Shown piece by piece: positions 11,546 through 24,673 of a DNA stretch of 64,000 bases. Numbering within the stretch: the stretch's first letter is position 1; the number at the start of each line of letters is the position of its first letter. The stretch is from the human T2T-CHM13v2.0 reference genome, Homo sapiens: the NCBI RefSeq assembly GCF_009914755.1, contig NC_060928.1; one strand, 5' to 3'. The notes below the pieces were generated by a model. The model ran no database searches and was not told the DNA's origin. It saw nothing but the letters and a program-made list of their open reading frames with translations. The position numbers were made by a program, and so were the translations under genes.

Positions 11546-14500
11546 GTCCACCAGGTTCTCTCCTGGCCTCATGCCCTCCATGCAGTCACTGTTGACACCA
11601 GGCAGCCCTCGGCCCACCTGGGAATTCTATGCCCCACCCTGGGAAGGGTATGAGGCGGACCCCAGGGTGGGATCCCTCAACCATCAACGTTCCTGGTTCC
11701 TGGGTGAGCTAGCTGCCTCTCAGCAGTCTCCCGGGGCTCACCCCCCTCCATGAGGGGGCCACCGTGCATGGGGCCTGCCAGACTTAAGGGACGGGCACGT
11801 AAGTGGCATGGTATGAACAAGTCAGGTGGGGCAGACGACATCCTCTGAGGCACAAGGGCCAGGCCATGATCCTGACTCCCAGGACAGCCTGAGGGAAAGA
11901 CACAGCGACAGTTTCCACACTACCAGGAGGAGCAAGGCCCTGGGGCCGGGTGGGGACGGGGCTGGAGCTCCTTAGGGAAACCTGGGTGACCTGGTGAGGG
12001 AAGAGCTCTCGGCTGCTTTGCCAGGCCCCTGCCCACCTGCAGGAAGTGAAGGGCAGCGGGGGGGCCAGCTCCTCCAAAGCCCTAGGCCCAGCTGCCCAGT
12101 TTGGTAGCAGCTTCCCCCATGCCACAGCCGCACACTCAGAACACCCCACCTCGTGAGAAAAACCTTGCCTCGGTGCCAATGGCCCCAGCGTGCTCCAGCC
12201 TGTTACTTGAAAGCCAAGGAATGCCTTTTCCAGTATGATCCGGTCACAGTCAGCGCCCTTTTTAAGGAGTGGAAATTATTCCCCCATTCTCACCACACAG
12301 AATATATTTATACTTGCAAAAACATTCCCGTGAGTTTCAAAGGAAAGCAAACTTCCACGAATTCTCAGGGGATCCCTTCTGTTCCACAAAAGCTATTACA
12401 GTGGTGGTCACATGTGGCCAACTCAAATACAAGCCAGATCCAGTGTCTCCAGCGGGAGACGTGTGCGTGTGTCACAGGTGTGTGTGTGCACAGCACAGGA
12501 GTTGTGTGTGTGTGTCACTGGACATGCACGTGGCACGGGAGGCCTGAGTGTGGCACAGAAACCCTCACTCCAATCCCAGAAGCGCCCAGACCTCAGCACA
12601 CACCCCGCGCCCTGGACATCCTGCTTCTTATTGCAGCAGCTTCCTTCCTCCTTTGGGGCCTGGAAGGGCCCCCCAAGCCCAGCCCAGCCAAGCCGCCAGA
12701 GCAGGCCGTTGAGTTCGGCAGCCATCCTCCCAGCCACCGCCTCAGCTCAGGGCAAACGCACGAAGAAAGACCCTTAAGGTGCAGCCCACCTTAAGAGTCT
12801 GGCTGAAACTATCACTTGAGAAGATCTTTATGATTTTGCTTTTAGAGCTATTTGGCTAAAATTAATCCACACAATTTACGTTTACCTTGGATTTGTAGGC
12901 AGTCATCCCACATACTCAGGAGTTCTTGTAAAGTGACAAAATCTAACCTACAAATTGTAACCACTTTTTTCAAGATAAATGATTTCAACATTGGTAACAA
13001 AAATCACTAAATTATAATGCTGATCTTGGAAAAGACAGACATCCAGGCAGAAACTGGCTGGGAAACCCGGAGGGAACACTGGTATCACTGCGCCCCCTGC
13101 TGGGTGCCCTGCCCAGACCCTCCAGCCCTGGATGGGAAATGTGCATTTCTGGAAAGGGGCGGAGAGCAGGCCGCCTGCATCACCCCGGCTGGCTCCCATC
13201 CCAGCCCAACCTAGGCCTTCAAAGGCTCAGGGATCAAAGATGGACGAATCCCACTGCATCCCTGTCACCCTGCAGAGAGACACGGTGGAAAGGCTCTGGG
13301 GGCTCAGTGACCTGGCTTGGTGGAGCAGCTCTGAACCAGCGTCAAAGGGCGGTCGTTATTGTGTTAGTGGCGATCCTATAGGAGACCGTATTTCTGAGTC
13401 TTACAAGAGGCTTTACCATATCAGTGTGATGTATTAATCATTAATGGTTTGATCTAATGCTCCTTTGAATATTATCCCAGTAAGAGGTGTGGATTCAATC
13501 TCTAGAAATACGTTTATTAGGGGGGAACCAAGTGCAGGGTTTCTCTGCAATGTCCCAAAATAATGTCAAAGCCTCTCATTCATGAAACTGAATGAGCAGT
13601 GAAGAAGAGCCTTGCTCACACCCGAGGCCACCCACTGGATGTGACAATTCACCACCGCCATATGCCCGGGTGGAGATGCCTGTCGGGCCTTACGTGCACA
13701 CATAGGACACTTCAGTAGATGGGTAACAGTGCCTGTGGCTGCAGAGCCCTGAAAGGGATCAGCCGGGTCTAATAAAAGGATGCAGATTCTCCAGAACAAC
13801 ACAGTGCTTCCTACACCCCATTTCCTGCACAGCGCTTCAGAGCTTCTCACCCTGAGGCCAGAGCCATCCTTCTCAAACAGACCAAGCCGCATTACATCCT
13901 CCAGATGGCTGGGGCTTCCCGCTGCCCTGAGGGCGAAGGGCCTGAACAGCGACCCTCCATACCTGCTACACGGGCACCGTCCATGCCAAGCGCCTCCCAG
14001 GCACCCTGCGAAAGTAGTCATTCAAGAGAACTGACAGCCGCAGGTCGGGGTGGCGCTCTCCTCCCTGCCAGCTCCAACATTAACTAGCAGGTTCCTTGTA
14101 TTATTTTAGTATAAGCCAGTGAGAACCCAGAACTCTGCAGGACAGGTGGAGTTAGGAGGGCTGTGCATATGTGTCTTGTTTTGCTTTTTTTTTTTTTTTT
14201 TGCCTGAAATCACAAGAATTTGCTTTTTAACAATGTCCTTTTACTTTCTTCTCAAGTTGACACTGTATAAAAATCAATCAAGATTTTCCTCTTTAGTACA
14301 GTCTGGGGCCCTGCCTGTTTTAAAGGGCCAAGCAGAGATTTAAGACACTCCCTGCCCATCACCCTGACTTCTCAGAAGAGACAGGCAGAAGGAGGTTTCT
14401 CCATCGCTGAGCGCTCAGATGCCCACTGGCCCATCTTCTCCCTCTGGAGACAACCTGGTCATGATAACCAGTTATTTCCAACTCCTGTAAGGCAGGCTCC

Positions 14501-15703
14501 TCTCCTCTCCACCAGCCTCGCTATGAAACACTATATGAAACACGCATATCTAGAAACACTCCTGAGACATCTTTCAGGCTATCAGGCTCAGGCATGGTCA
14601 TACCTTGTCCCACTACCCCCAAGTTATAAATCATCTCGTGGGCACAGAGGGGTCTACACCCTGCTGGATCAGGCTCTCGGGGGAGACAGCGTGTGGAGTC
14701 CAGCATTCGCAGTGAGGGAGGCACCAAATGGGCCAGTGGCCAGGAAGTTCAAGCCCGGCCTGCTCAGGCAGGGCCTGGCAGGGCCCTGGCACAGGGACCT
14801 CTCTTGTCACCTACTTTACAGATGAGGAAATGCCAAGAAAGCTGGTCAAGGTGACACAAAGGGCCGGCTGCACATCTGTCTCATTCCAAAAGTCATGCTG
14901 CTAATGACCTGGAGCTCCAAAATCCAATCCCTCAAAGACCCTCAAGGCCCTTGCGGCCTGGCCTCCCTACCCCGCCTGCATCCCAGCACAGGCCTGGGCC
15001 TGACACTTCCCACTGCTTCCTCCACCTGAAACGCTGCACATTCCAAAATCACTGGCCACTTCTCCCCGGCCACCCAGGCCTCCATGTGGCCATCAAGCAT
15101 TCATTAGTCTTTCTAGGCCCCTCCCCTCTGCACGCCCCATCCAACCCTTCAGCCAGGCCTTGGCCACACCAACCCGGTGTCACATGTGTGCTGCTAAATA
15201 GATATATGTGGGCTGATTAAACAAATAAGCCAGCGGAATTCTCTTTCTAAGTGCTGTGACACTGGGATTACCCGGAAAGGAGCAAGCCTACTCTGGAGGC
15301 AGAAACTGCAGATATGGGTCCCTCGAGATCAGCATGGATGTGTGCAGAGGCCGAGCCGGGGGAGGCTCAGGATGCTGAGGAGGACCTCACACAGAGGAGG
15401 CAGCCCCCCAGGCAGGGGCCCCACCAGCTGTACACAGAGGTCTGGGTCTGATCTGAGAGTGTGGAGCCGCCTGCCAAGGTGAAGCTGGTTTGCTGAGGTC
15501 TCTGATCAAGTTGGCCTCCCAAAGTGGAGTTCAAGCAGGACGTGGCCAGTGCATGCACGGGGGCTAGGCGTAGGTCCCCACCGCATTTGAGTCTAAGAGG
15601 GCAGGGCATGGCATCCATGGGGCCAGTGAGATCTCAGACATGAGCGACAACGCAGCCTGGGCCTTGGCAGGAAGCTCAGGGCTCAGCAGCCTCTGTCACT
15701 CAC

Positions 15704-15792
15704 CCATTATCCAGACCGTTCTGCCCGAGTTTTTTTCCTATGTCGCCAACCATCACTCCAGGCATGGGAAGAAGGGTCTTCGGGTCCCGGAT
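15704..15792 (-). CDS. ACOX3: ACOX3 coding exon [30 protein letters not shown]
   Basis: 89 nt, GDIGxKxGxNGxDNG motif, phase-2 donor GG|gtgag. Confidence 0.96.
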
Positions 15793-15899
15793 CTATACAA
15801 AGCCACAGAAAGCAGCAAACAGCAACTGTTACAATCACACAAAAATCAAAACAAATGTGTTCAGAAACCCACAGGGTGGGCCATGGGCTCAACGCTGGG

Positions 15900-17345
15900 C
15901 GGCTGTGGGTTAAACCATCCTCCAGAAATGATACATCCAAGTCCTAACCCCAGGACCTGGGAATGGAAGCTTATTTGGAAATAGGGTCCTGCAGATATAA
16001 TGAATTTAAGAGCATCAAGATAAGGTCATCCCAAATCACCCAGGTGGGCCCTAAATCCCACGGCAAGTGTCCTATGAGAATCAGAAGAGGAGTGGGTGTG
16101 GGGAAGAGGGGGCCATGTGGAGACGGAGGCACAGAGTACAGCGCTGGGGCTGTAGGGATCAGCCCCACAGGGTCAGTGGGTTTCTCCCCGTGTGTGGAGA
16201 CAAGAGAGCATAGAGATAAAGACACAAGACAAAGAGATAAAAGAAAAGACGGCTGGGTCCGGGGGACCACTACCACCAAGACACGGAGACCGGTAGTGGC
16301 CCCGAAGGCCAGGCTGCACTGATACTTATTGGATACAAGACAAAGGCAGGATAAGGAGAGTGAGCCATCTCCAATGATAGGTAAGACCACATGGGTCACA
16401 TGTCCACTGGACAGGGGGCCCTTCCCTGCCTGGCAGCTGAGGCAGAGAGAGAGAGAGGAGACAGAGAGAAAGACAGCTTACGCCATTATTTCTGCTTATT
16501 AGAGACTTTTAGTACTTTCACTAATTTGCTACTGCTATCTAGAAGGCAGAGCCAGGTGTACAGGATGGAACATGAAGGTGGACTAGGAGCGTGACCACTG
16601 AAGCACGGCATCACAGGGAGACGGTTAGTCCTCCGGATAACTGCGGGCAAGCCTGACAAATGTCAGGCCCTCTACAAGAGGTGGAGGAGTAGAGTCTTCT
16701 CTAAACTCCCCCAGGGAAAGGGAGACTCCCTTTCCCAGTCTGCTAAGTAGCAGGTGTTTTTCCTTGACACTTATGCTACCGCTAGACCACGGTCTGCTTG
16801 GCAACGGGCGTCTTCCCAGATGCTGGCATCACTGCTAGACCAAGGAGCCCTCTGGTGGCCCTGTCTGGGCATAACAGAAGGCTCGTACTCTTGTCTTCTG
16901 GTCACTCCTCACTATGTCCCCTCAGCTCCTATCTCTGTATGGCCTGGTTTTTCCTAGGTTATGATTATAGAGCGAGGATTATTATAATATTGGGATAAAG
17001 AGTAATTGCTACAAACTAATGATTATTGATATTCATATATAATCATATCTAAGATCTATATCTGGTATTCTTATTTTATATTTTATTACACTGGAACAGC
17101 TCGTGTCCTCAGTCTCTTGCCTCGGCACCTGGGTGGCTTGCCGCCCACATGGGGCCACAGGCCTGGGGCCACCAGGAGCTGAAAGAGATAGGAAGGATCC
17201 TCCCCTAGAGCCTTTAAAGGGAATGCCGCCCTAAAGATTCCTCAATTTCAGACCCCGGCCTCCAGAGTTGGGAGAATACGTTATGCTGTTTCGAGCGCCC
17301 TGCTTTGTGGTGCTTTGCTGTGGCAGCCATGAGAGACTAACACGG
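15900..17345 (+). mobile_element. MLT1 (MaLR) LTR split by the LTR13 insertion
   Basis: MLT1 motifs (cttatttggaaatagggtc, ggccatgtggagacggaggca, cctagagcct) lie on both sides of LTR13. Confidence 0.7.
16151..17149 (-). mobile_element. Solo LTR13 (HERV-K HML-4)
   Basis: Minus strand begins TGTGGGCGGCAAGCCACCCAGGTGCCGAGG. About 1 kb, 6-bp TSD TGGGGC. Confidence 0.85.
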
Positions 17346-18396
17346 GGGCCGGTGCTGCCGGGAGGACGTCGGGAATTTCATATTCACGTTTTAGACACAG
17401 GACTCCCTGCTAGATTTTAGTAAAGTGACAAAATGGCTGTGCAAATAGGTGTAGTGGGAGAAACGGCTATGAATATTCTGGTCAATCACCGCTCCCCAAG
17501 ATACAGGTCCAGCCAGCTAATGGCTGCGCACTGTGGGAACTCGACGGAAGGACGTGGAGCTTCATCCTTGGGCACTGTTACAGCAGGGATTCCCAACCAT
17601 GAGACGTGCCACCTTCCCCTTCCCCACCAGGGGACACGGGTGGTGTCTGGAGAGATTCTGGTTGTGTTAACTGCAGGAAGCTATGGCACAGAATGGCCAG
17701 ACGCCAGAAGTGCTCAGCCCAGCCCTGGGCATACAGGGCGCCCCAGTGAGTACTACCCAGCCCAAACTGTCAACAGTGCCAAAGTGGAAAAGCTGCTTTA
17801 GAGACACATGGAGGTGGTGCTACGGGGAATTTAGCTATGTGCATGACCTGCTAGCTGGCTTCTGTTTATGTCTGTCAATTCACCATCTAACTTCACTGAA
17901 CTTTAAAATAAAGAAACACTCAAAAAGGGCTAAAACCCAAATGTAAACATCCTCTCCTTTTCTAAAATCTTTCAGCAAGGCCCAGTAAAGATTCAGACAC
18001 TGTCTCACAAAAAAAAAAAAAAGAAAAAAAGAAAGAAACCTGCAAAAGATGCCTGCCCCTCCGCCCACCAGCTCAGGTCTGGGGCGCAGATCACAATCCT
18101 GTCCAAATAACCCCAAGACCACTGTTTCCATCCCTCCTTATCAGGCAGGAGGCCGTGGCTCTGGGAGGTGGACTCAGGTGCCCTGAGCACTTGGTGCAGT
18201 GGCGAGAGGGGCGACACAATCCTGCGGAGTGTTTTTAGCACAACATAAACAAGTCTAAAACACTGCGGCTCTATGTCCCCAAAATCAGACACGCCGAAAG
18301 CTGCTGAATTCTAGTCCAGGCAACTCCCGCAAGAAGTCCACTCCAGGTAGAAATCTATAATCACAGAAACAAGGCACACTGGCCTCAGGTAACTAT

Positions 18397-18830
18397 GATG
18401 CTGTGATAAATACATATTTGGCCTTGTCCCTGCTTCCCAGCACACGACTCCTAAAACCCTGGACTCTCTGCAGTGGTGACAGTCTTTTGTGTGCTCATGA
18501 GATGGTTGCAGACCCCTAAATAGCTTCAGGATGAAGACCAAGGTACAATTAGGGGATTGATCAGAGGCACAGGCCACAACCTGGACTTGCCATTGGCATC
18601 CAAAGGGTTGGGGAGCTTCTTGTGGGACTGAGCCCTCACTGGGGGGGGGGGGGGGGGGGCGGGGGCGGTCTGAGGCTCACCCCAGGTGAACAGCATCAGT
18701 ATGGAGTTAAATTAGAGGACGCCCAGCTGCTTTCTGCTGCAGAGCTGCCTGCTGGTGGGGAGAAACCCACACACATCTAATGTCAGAAGCGTTGTGATGG
18801 CTGCATGACAGTAGGAAAAACACTTTGGTT
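18397..18830. mobile_element. Probable MER21-type LTR fragment containing a G19 run
   Basis: Recalled similarity (acatatttggccttgtccc...ctcctaaaacc; cttgtgggactgagccct). Boundaries approximate. Confidence 0.45.
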
Positions 18831-19087
18831 TTGTCCTGTAACCTTACAATGAAAAAAATCTCTCTGGTCTGCAACAGCTCAAACGTCAGGTCAACTGAAA
18901 AATAAGAACATGAGCAACAAAAGAAAAAAACGTAAAACTGGACTTCATCGAAATTGAAAAACTTTGTGCATCAAATCAACCAGATGGTCTCAGAGGCCTG
19001 CAGCTCCTGTGGCCAGGAGCCTTGGCCAGGCCCTCTCAGCTGTGTCACTGGGGGACATTGGGCTGGATGTTTCTTTCTAAGGCAAGG

Positions 19088-19815
19088 GTGGGGCTGTCTG
19101 TGCACTGTGGGCAGGGCTGTCTGCACCGTGGGAGGGGCTGCGGGATACACTGTGGGTGGGGCTGCCTATGCACCCTGGAAGGGGCTGTGGGATATACCAT
19201 AGGCGGGGCTGTCTGCACTGTGGGCAGGACTGTCTGCACTATGGGTGGAGCTGTCTGTGCACTGCGGGTGGGCCTGTAGGATACACTGTGGGGAGGGCTG
19301 TGGGATACACTTTGGGCGGGCCTGTCTGTGCACTGTGGGCAGGGCTATCTGTACTGTGGGTGGGGCTGTCTGTGCACTGTGGGCAGGGCTGTCTGTGCAC
19401 TGTGGGCAGGACTGTCTGCACTGTGGGCAGAGCTGTCTGTGTGCTGCGGGTAGGGCTGTAGGATACACCGTGGGCGGGGCTGTGGGATACACTTTGGGCA
19501 GGCCTGTCTGTGCACCGTGGGCAGGGCAATCTGTACTGTGGGTGGAGCTGTCTGTGCACTGTGGGCAGGACTGTCTGCACTGTGGGCAGAGCTGTCTGTG
19601 CGCTGCTGGTGGGGCTGTAGGATACACTGTGGGCGGGGCTGTAGGAATACACTGTGGGCGGAGCTGTCTGTGCACTGTGGGCGCGGCTGTCTGTGCACTG
19701 TGGGCAGGGTTGTGGGATGCACTGTGGACGGGGCTATCTGCATTGTGGGCAGGGCTGTGGAATGCACTGTGGGCGGGGCTGTTTGCACTGTGGGCGGGGC
19801 TATGGGATGCACTGG
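19088..19815. repeat. GT-rich minisatellite, ~19-23-bp units (cactgtgggcggggctgtctgtg)
   Basis: Visible degenerate tandem array. Confidence 0.9.
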
Positions 19816-19956
19816 GGTCCTGGGCAGTGTCCCTGGTCCACTCACCAGATGCCAGAAGCATGCCCCACCCTTGTTATGACAAAAATGACTCCAGACATTA
19901 CCAGTGCTTCCTGGGGGTAAACACTGCCCCCACTGAGGGCCACCCCAGCGTCCTAC

Positions 19957-20100
19957 CTGCACGATAAAGGGATGCAGCCCATGGCACTGGTCCCCTGGCA
20001 CACACAGCTTAGCAAACACCACCGCGTGAGTGGCTGTCTTGCCCATGTTGCCAACCCAAAACTTGGCAGCTTCGAAATCAGGGGAATGTATGATGAATTC
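19957..20100 (-). CDS. ACOX3: ACOX3 coding exon [20 protein letters not shown]...HGLHPFIVQ
   Basis: 144 nt, KFWVGN motif, canonical splice sites. Confidence 0.97.
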
Positions 20101-22137
20101 CTGCACAAGGGAAAATTTAGGTTAGTTATAATTAGCAACTAAAGCACATGCAGAATTGGTGTTTTCCTTTTAGACAGATTCCATTTTCTACGTTCAAAAT
20201 CTCTGAGGCAAGAGTTGAAACTAATCGCACATTTTAGTTCTTGTATGGCACAGGCAGGCCTATTTTTTAAACACAGCCTATTCCTGGGCCTTATGACTTA
20301 AAGAACCTTCAGATGCAAAATACTCCGCAGGCTGGCAAACGCTTCCAGGGAGTTTTCATTATCATATAGTCTTCAGTCCCTAACCACGCCCCTTAGGTAG
20401 AAACACTGTGGATACACTGTGGGCGGAGCTGTCTGTGCACTGTGGGCGGGGCTGTCTGTGCCCTGTGGGCAGGGCTGTGGGAATGCCGTGCAGTCCACTC
20501 AGTTCTTTAGGACCTCTAATTCACAACACACTGCTGCCCCCTTGCTGTCTCTCCCATCCACAGCTCCGTGATTGACAGTTATATCCCAAATGCCCCGAGC
20601 ACAAGGCAGCCGCTCAGAACATCAGAAGGAAGGAAGGAAGGAACGCATGCGTGAACTAGCAGATGGGCTGTGGCATCACAGCGTTCGGTGTTTGGCTAGA
20701 AGGGGTGTGGACAGATCCCCAAGGAACACTGAGGGTGCTGCATGGGTCAGAAGCGAAGAGCACGTGGGAACAGGCAGGAGCTGGGCCGCTGGGGCTGGGC
20801 CTGCCCCAGGGGCGTCTGCTGGGAGCCCTTCGAGTAAGGCTGGGAGGGAGGATGCGGACCAGCAGTGCTGCATAATGTGGCCGGGATCCGCAAGGGGACA
20901 AAGATGAGCGCCTTCAGGCAGACAGCCCGCAGGTGGCCCACAGAGCTGCCCTGGGCCGCCTCGGGAGACACTGATCCTCCACGCGGAGCTTGCCAGTCAC
21001 TGCTAGGGGCTGTCGTGGCTAAGTTTTGGTTCTGGTTCCAGCCCCTGCAGGGTGGGAGGCTACAAAATAACGTGCCGGGGAGGGCTTCCTCCTGTCTAAC
21101 CAGTGGGATTCTGTAAACAGAGTAGTGAACAATCATCCTATAGATCCTGAAGTTTCACTGAGGAGAAGTAGGAGGTGGGGTGGCTGCCAGCCATGCCTTC
21201 TGTTCTCTTCTCTCAGGGGACCACCAGCTCTTCGCCTGCGAGGGTAAGGAGGGCTCCCAGTCTCAGCCAGGCCCTCCCCATTCATTCTTCAGCACGCGGC
21301 AGTTCTGATACCTCCACCTGTCACTCATTCTCCGCAGTGCAGGTGTGCACTGCAACACCGGCCCAAGCCGGCTCCTCGGGGCCTGCACTGCTCCACACAG
21401 ATCTTTCCCACTGTCTCGACTGTCTGGCTGCCTCCCTGCGCCCCGGCATACCAGCTTTGCTCTCTGGAGGGCCTCCATGGTGCCCAGCACATCTCACTTC
21501 TTTCTGTTGGTGTCTGTGTCTCCCCCCAGCCCACAACTTCAGGACAGCAGAGACCTGTCTGCTGTGCTCGCCACTTCCAGCCCAGTCTTGGAAAGCTGTG
21601 CCTCACACACAACAGGTACCCAGCAATGCCTGCTGTCCAAATAAATGCTCAGCCAGCAGCCCAGCCTGGATCCTGGGCACCCCAACTCTACGGATCTGAT
21701 GCCACACTCTGACCTCCACTTAGGGATCAAATGCCAAAAAGAAGGAGGTGGAAATGGGAAGTGGTCCTCTGATGCCCCACCCCAAGGCTACCTGGGTGCT
21801 GTTGTCCATCTGCCTGTCAGAAAGGGCCCCACCTCCTGGCACTGCAGGCCACAGGCAAAGAGGACAGCAGGAGGAGAAGCAGCCATGGGGCCAGAAAGAC
21901 CTGGGTTCAGATAAAGATATCTTATGGCTTAAAAGAAAATTCTGAAAAGAACCTCATGCCCTACTTTCTCCTAGCCCCACTCTGAGAAGGAGCCTTGGCC
22001 CCACTCCCAAGGCCCCACAGCAGGGGCACCCTGTGCGAGGACCACCTCTTATCCCTGCTGGGCTACGGGTCCGCTTGAGTTCATTCCTGGGCTCTTCCAT
22101 GCAGTACCCCAGGCACAGTCCACACAGCCCAGGCTGT

Positions 22138-22335
22138 GGAATGAATGGATGGATGAAAGAATGAATGGATGGATGGAAGAATGAATGGATGGATGGAAGA
22201 ATGAATGGATGGATGGAAGAATGAATGGATGGATGAGAGAATGAATGGATGGATGGAAGGATGAATGGATGGATGGAAGAATGAATGGACAGATGGAAGA
22301 ATGAATGGATGGATGAAAGAATGATGGATGGATGA
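22138..22335. repeat. 20-bp (GAATGAATGGATGGATGGAA)n array
   Basis: About 10 copies. Confidence 0.9.
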
Positions 22336-22559
22336 CTGGTTGAGCACATCCGCAGGTGCAGAGCTTCACTTCCTGCCACACAACAGTCCTCCCTGACCAC
22401 TGCCAATGGGGGAGGGTGGAAGGCGGGTGAGGAAAGACTGGCAGGGAGACCTAGGCCTCAGGGACAAGCGGAGGCCAAGGAGAGTCATGTGGTGGCAGGG
22501 AGGCAGGGCCAGGGAACAGAACAGGGTGGGTGAGGACCCTCCCCATCCTCCCTCGCTGC

Positions 22560-23505
22560 CCTGCGCCCCTCCACAGCACTGATAGCCCTAGGGCATCCAT
22601 CTGTGGCCCATCTCCCTCCACCCCTGTGCCCCTCCACAGCACTGAGAGCCCCAGGGCATCCATCTGTGGCCCATCTCCCTCCAACCCGCACCCCTCCACA
22701 GCACTGACAGCCCCAGGGCATCCATCTGTGGCCTGTCTCACTGCACCCCTGCACCCCTCCACAGCACTGACAGCCCCAGGGCATCCATCTGTGGCCTATC
22801 TCCCTCCACCCCGCACCCCTCCTCAGCACTGACAGCCCCAGGGCATCCATCTGTGGCCCATCTCACTGCACCCCTGCGCCCCTCCACAGCACTGACAGCC
22901 CCACGGCATCCATCTGTGGCCCATCTCCCTCCACCCCTGCACCCCTCCATAGTACTGACAGCCCCAGGGCATCCATCTGTGGCCCATCTCCCTCCACCCC
23001 GCACCCCTCCACAGCACTGACAGCCCCAGGGCATCCGTGTCCCGTCTCACTGCACCCCTGCGCCCCTCCACAGCACCGACAGCCCCAGGGCATCCATCTG
23101 TGGCCCATCTCCCTCCACCCCTGTGCCCCTCCACAGCACTGACAGCCCCAGGGCATCCATCTGTGGCCCGTCTCACTGAACCCCTGCGCCCCTCCACAGC
23201 ACTGACAGCCCCAGGGCATCCATCTGTGGCCCATCTCCCTCCACCCCGCAACCCTCCATGCACCCCTCCATGCACTGACAGCCCCAGGGCATCCATCTGT
23301 GTCCCGTCTCACTGCACCTCTGCGCCCCTCCACAGCACTGACAGCCCCAAGGCATCCATCTGTGGCCCATCTCCCTCCACCCCTCCACCCCTCCACAGCA
23401 CTGACAGCCCCAGGGCATCCATCTGTGGCCCGTCTCACTGCACCCCGTGCCCCTCCACAGCACTGACAGCCCCAGGGCATCCATCTGTGGCCCGTCTCAC
23501 TGCAC
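22560..23505. repeat. 62-63-bp VNTR, ~15 copies
   Basis: Unit cctccacagcactgacagccccagggcatccatctgtggccc... Confidence 0.93.
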
Positions 23506-24036
23506 CACACCAGAACTCCCAGGCAGCAGCCACAATGCAGGTACCAGAGAGGTCAAGAGGATGGCAAGGACCCGAGGAGTCAGACTGCGGTGGCGGAAAT
23601 GGACAAGGCAGGCTCTTCGCAGAGGGACAGCCACAAAGGGCAGAGGGCAGGGAGCATGTTGTCTCCATGGGGCCCACCGTAGAAACCACGGGCCATGAGA
23701 ACGGTTTATGAATCCACTACGCATAGGCAGCCAGGTAAACAAGGCAATAAATTTTACAGAATGAGGGCTTCTTCACTGCACTCAAATTACACACAAATCC
23801 AAACCACGATCAATTCCCCATAAAGTTCATGGTGGGCACAGGCTTTGTCCTCCAATGCCTGATCTCCTGGGCCCCACTTTTCAGTGTGATGAATCTCAGT
23901 GGGTATTTCTACACAAGTGTATGTGGACAGGCCTCTTGCTTTAATGTTTTTTTTTTCTTATTCTGGGCAACGGCATTTGCACTCATGACGTCTCATATGC
24001 TCCAAACTCAGGGACCCGGGGGAAGGTAATACCTAC

Positions 24037-24126
24037 CTCAGTGGCAGGATCGTAGTGGGCAGTTGTGCGAATGGCCTTGGTATTACTGCCGTGGCTTAAT
24101 TCGGTCAGAGCAAAACATCCAAAAAT
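24037..24126 (-). CDS. ACOX3: ACOX3 coding exon [30 protein letters not shown]
   Basis: 90 nt. Carries the acyl-CoA oxidase [13 protein letters not shown] motif. Canonical splice sites. Confidence 0.97.
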
Positions 24127-24598
24127 CTAAATGTCAAAGCACAAAATGATGGAAAGCAAGAAAAGTTCTTTGTGCACATTCCCAGAAGGACCTCACTGCC
24201 ATCTTTCCTTTAAAGATGAAACCACATATCAAAGCCCCAAATTTCCATCTACCCAACTAGTGACTTGACTGAGTCATGCTGCCACACTCAGCTGGCAACC
24301 ACAGCAGCCTAAACCAAGCTGACCGCAGCTGCTCCACGTCAGCAAGGTGGCAGGAACTGCTCATCAGGAAAAGACAGTGGAAGGCCTCAGTGACAATTCA
24401 CCTGGTGCTAGGAAGTCAATGTGCCTGTGTTTGCTAAAGAACAGTGCTAGCTATTTGGTGAGAAGCCTGAGAACACTAGGAAACAAGAAGAGCATAAGCC
24501 CCCTGGGCACCCCCTTCTACAATCTTCTCTTTTCACAAATCTCTACAGAGATCAAGCAAGAGAACCAGGCTCACAATTTACCATGAACCAGAACTTAC

Positions 24599-24673
24599 CT
24601 CCATCCTGAAGATCTTTTGAATATATGTGAGATGTCTTTCAGAACCAGAACTGTAAACTGCTGATCCAAAAAC
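24599..24673 (-). CDS. ACOX3: ACOX3 coding exon [25 protein letters not shown]
   Basis: 75 nt, tttcag acceptor, GAG|gtaag donor. Confidence 0.96.

Noticed and set aside
12153-12794. 213-aa ORF antisense to ACOX3
   Set aside because: Non-ATG start, includes a TG repeat, no homology or splice support I can recognise.
19045-19967. Long ORFs of 120-253 aa on both strands
   Set aside because: They are translations of the minisatellite. Only 19957-20100 is a real exon.
22451-23711. Repetitive ORFs and a CRISPR-like periodicity
   Set aside because: A tandem VNTR without unique spacers or cas genes, in a human intron.
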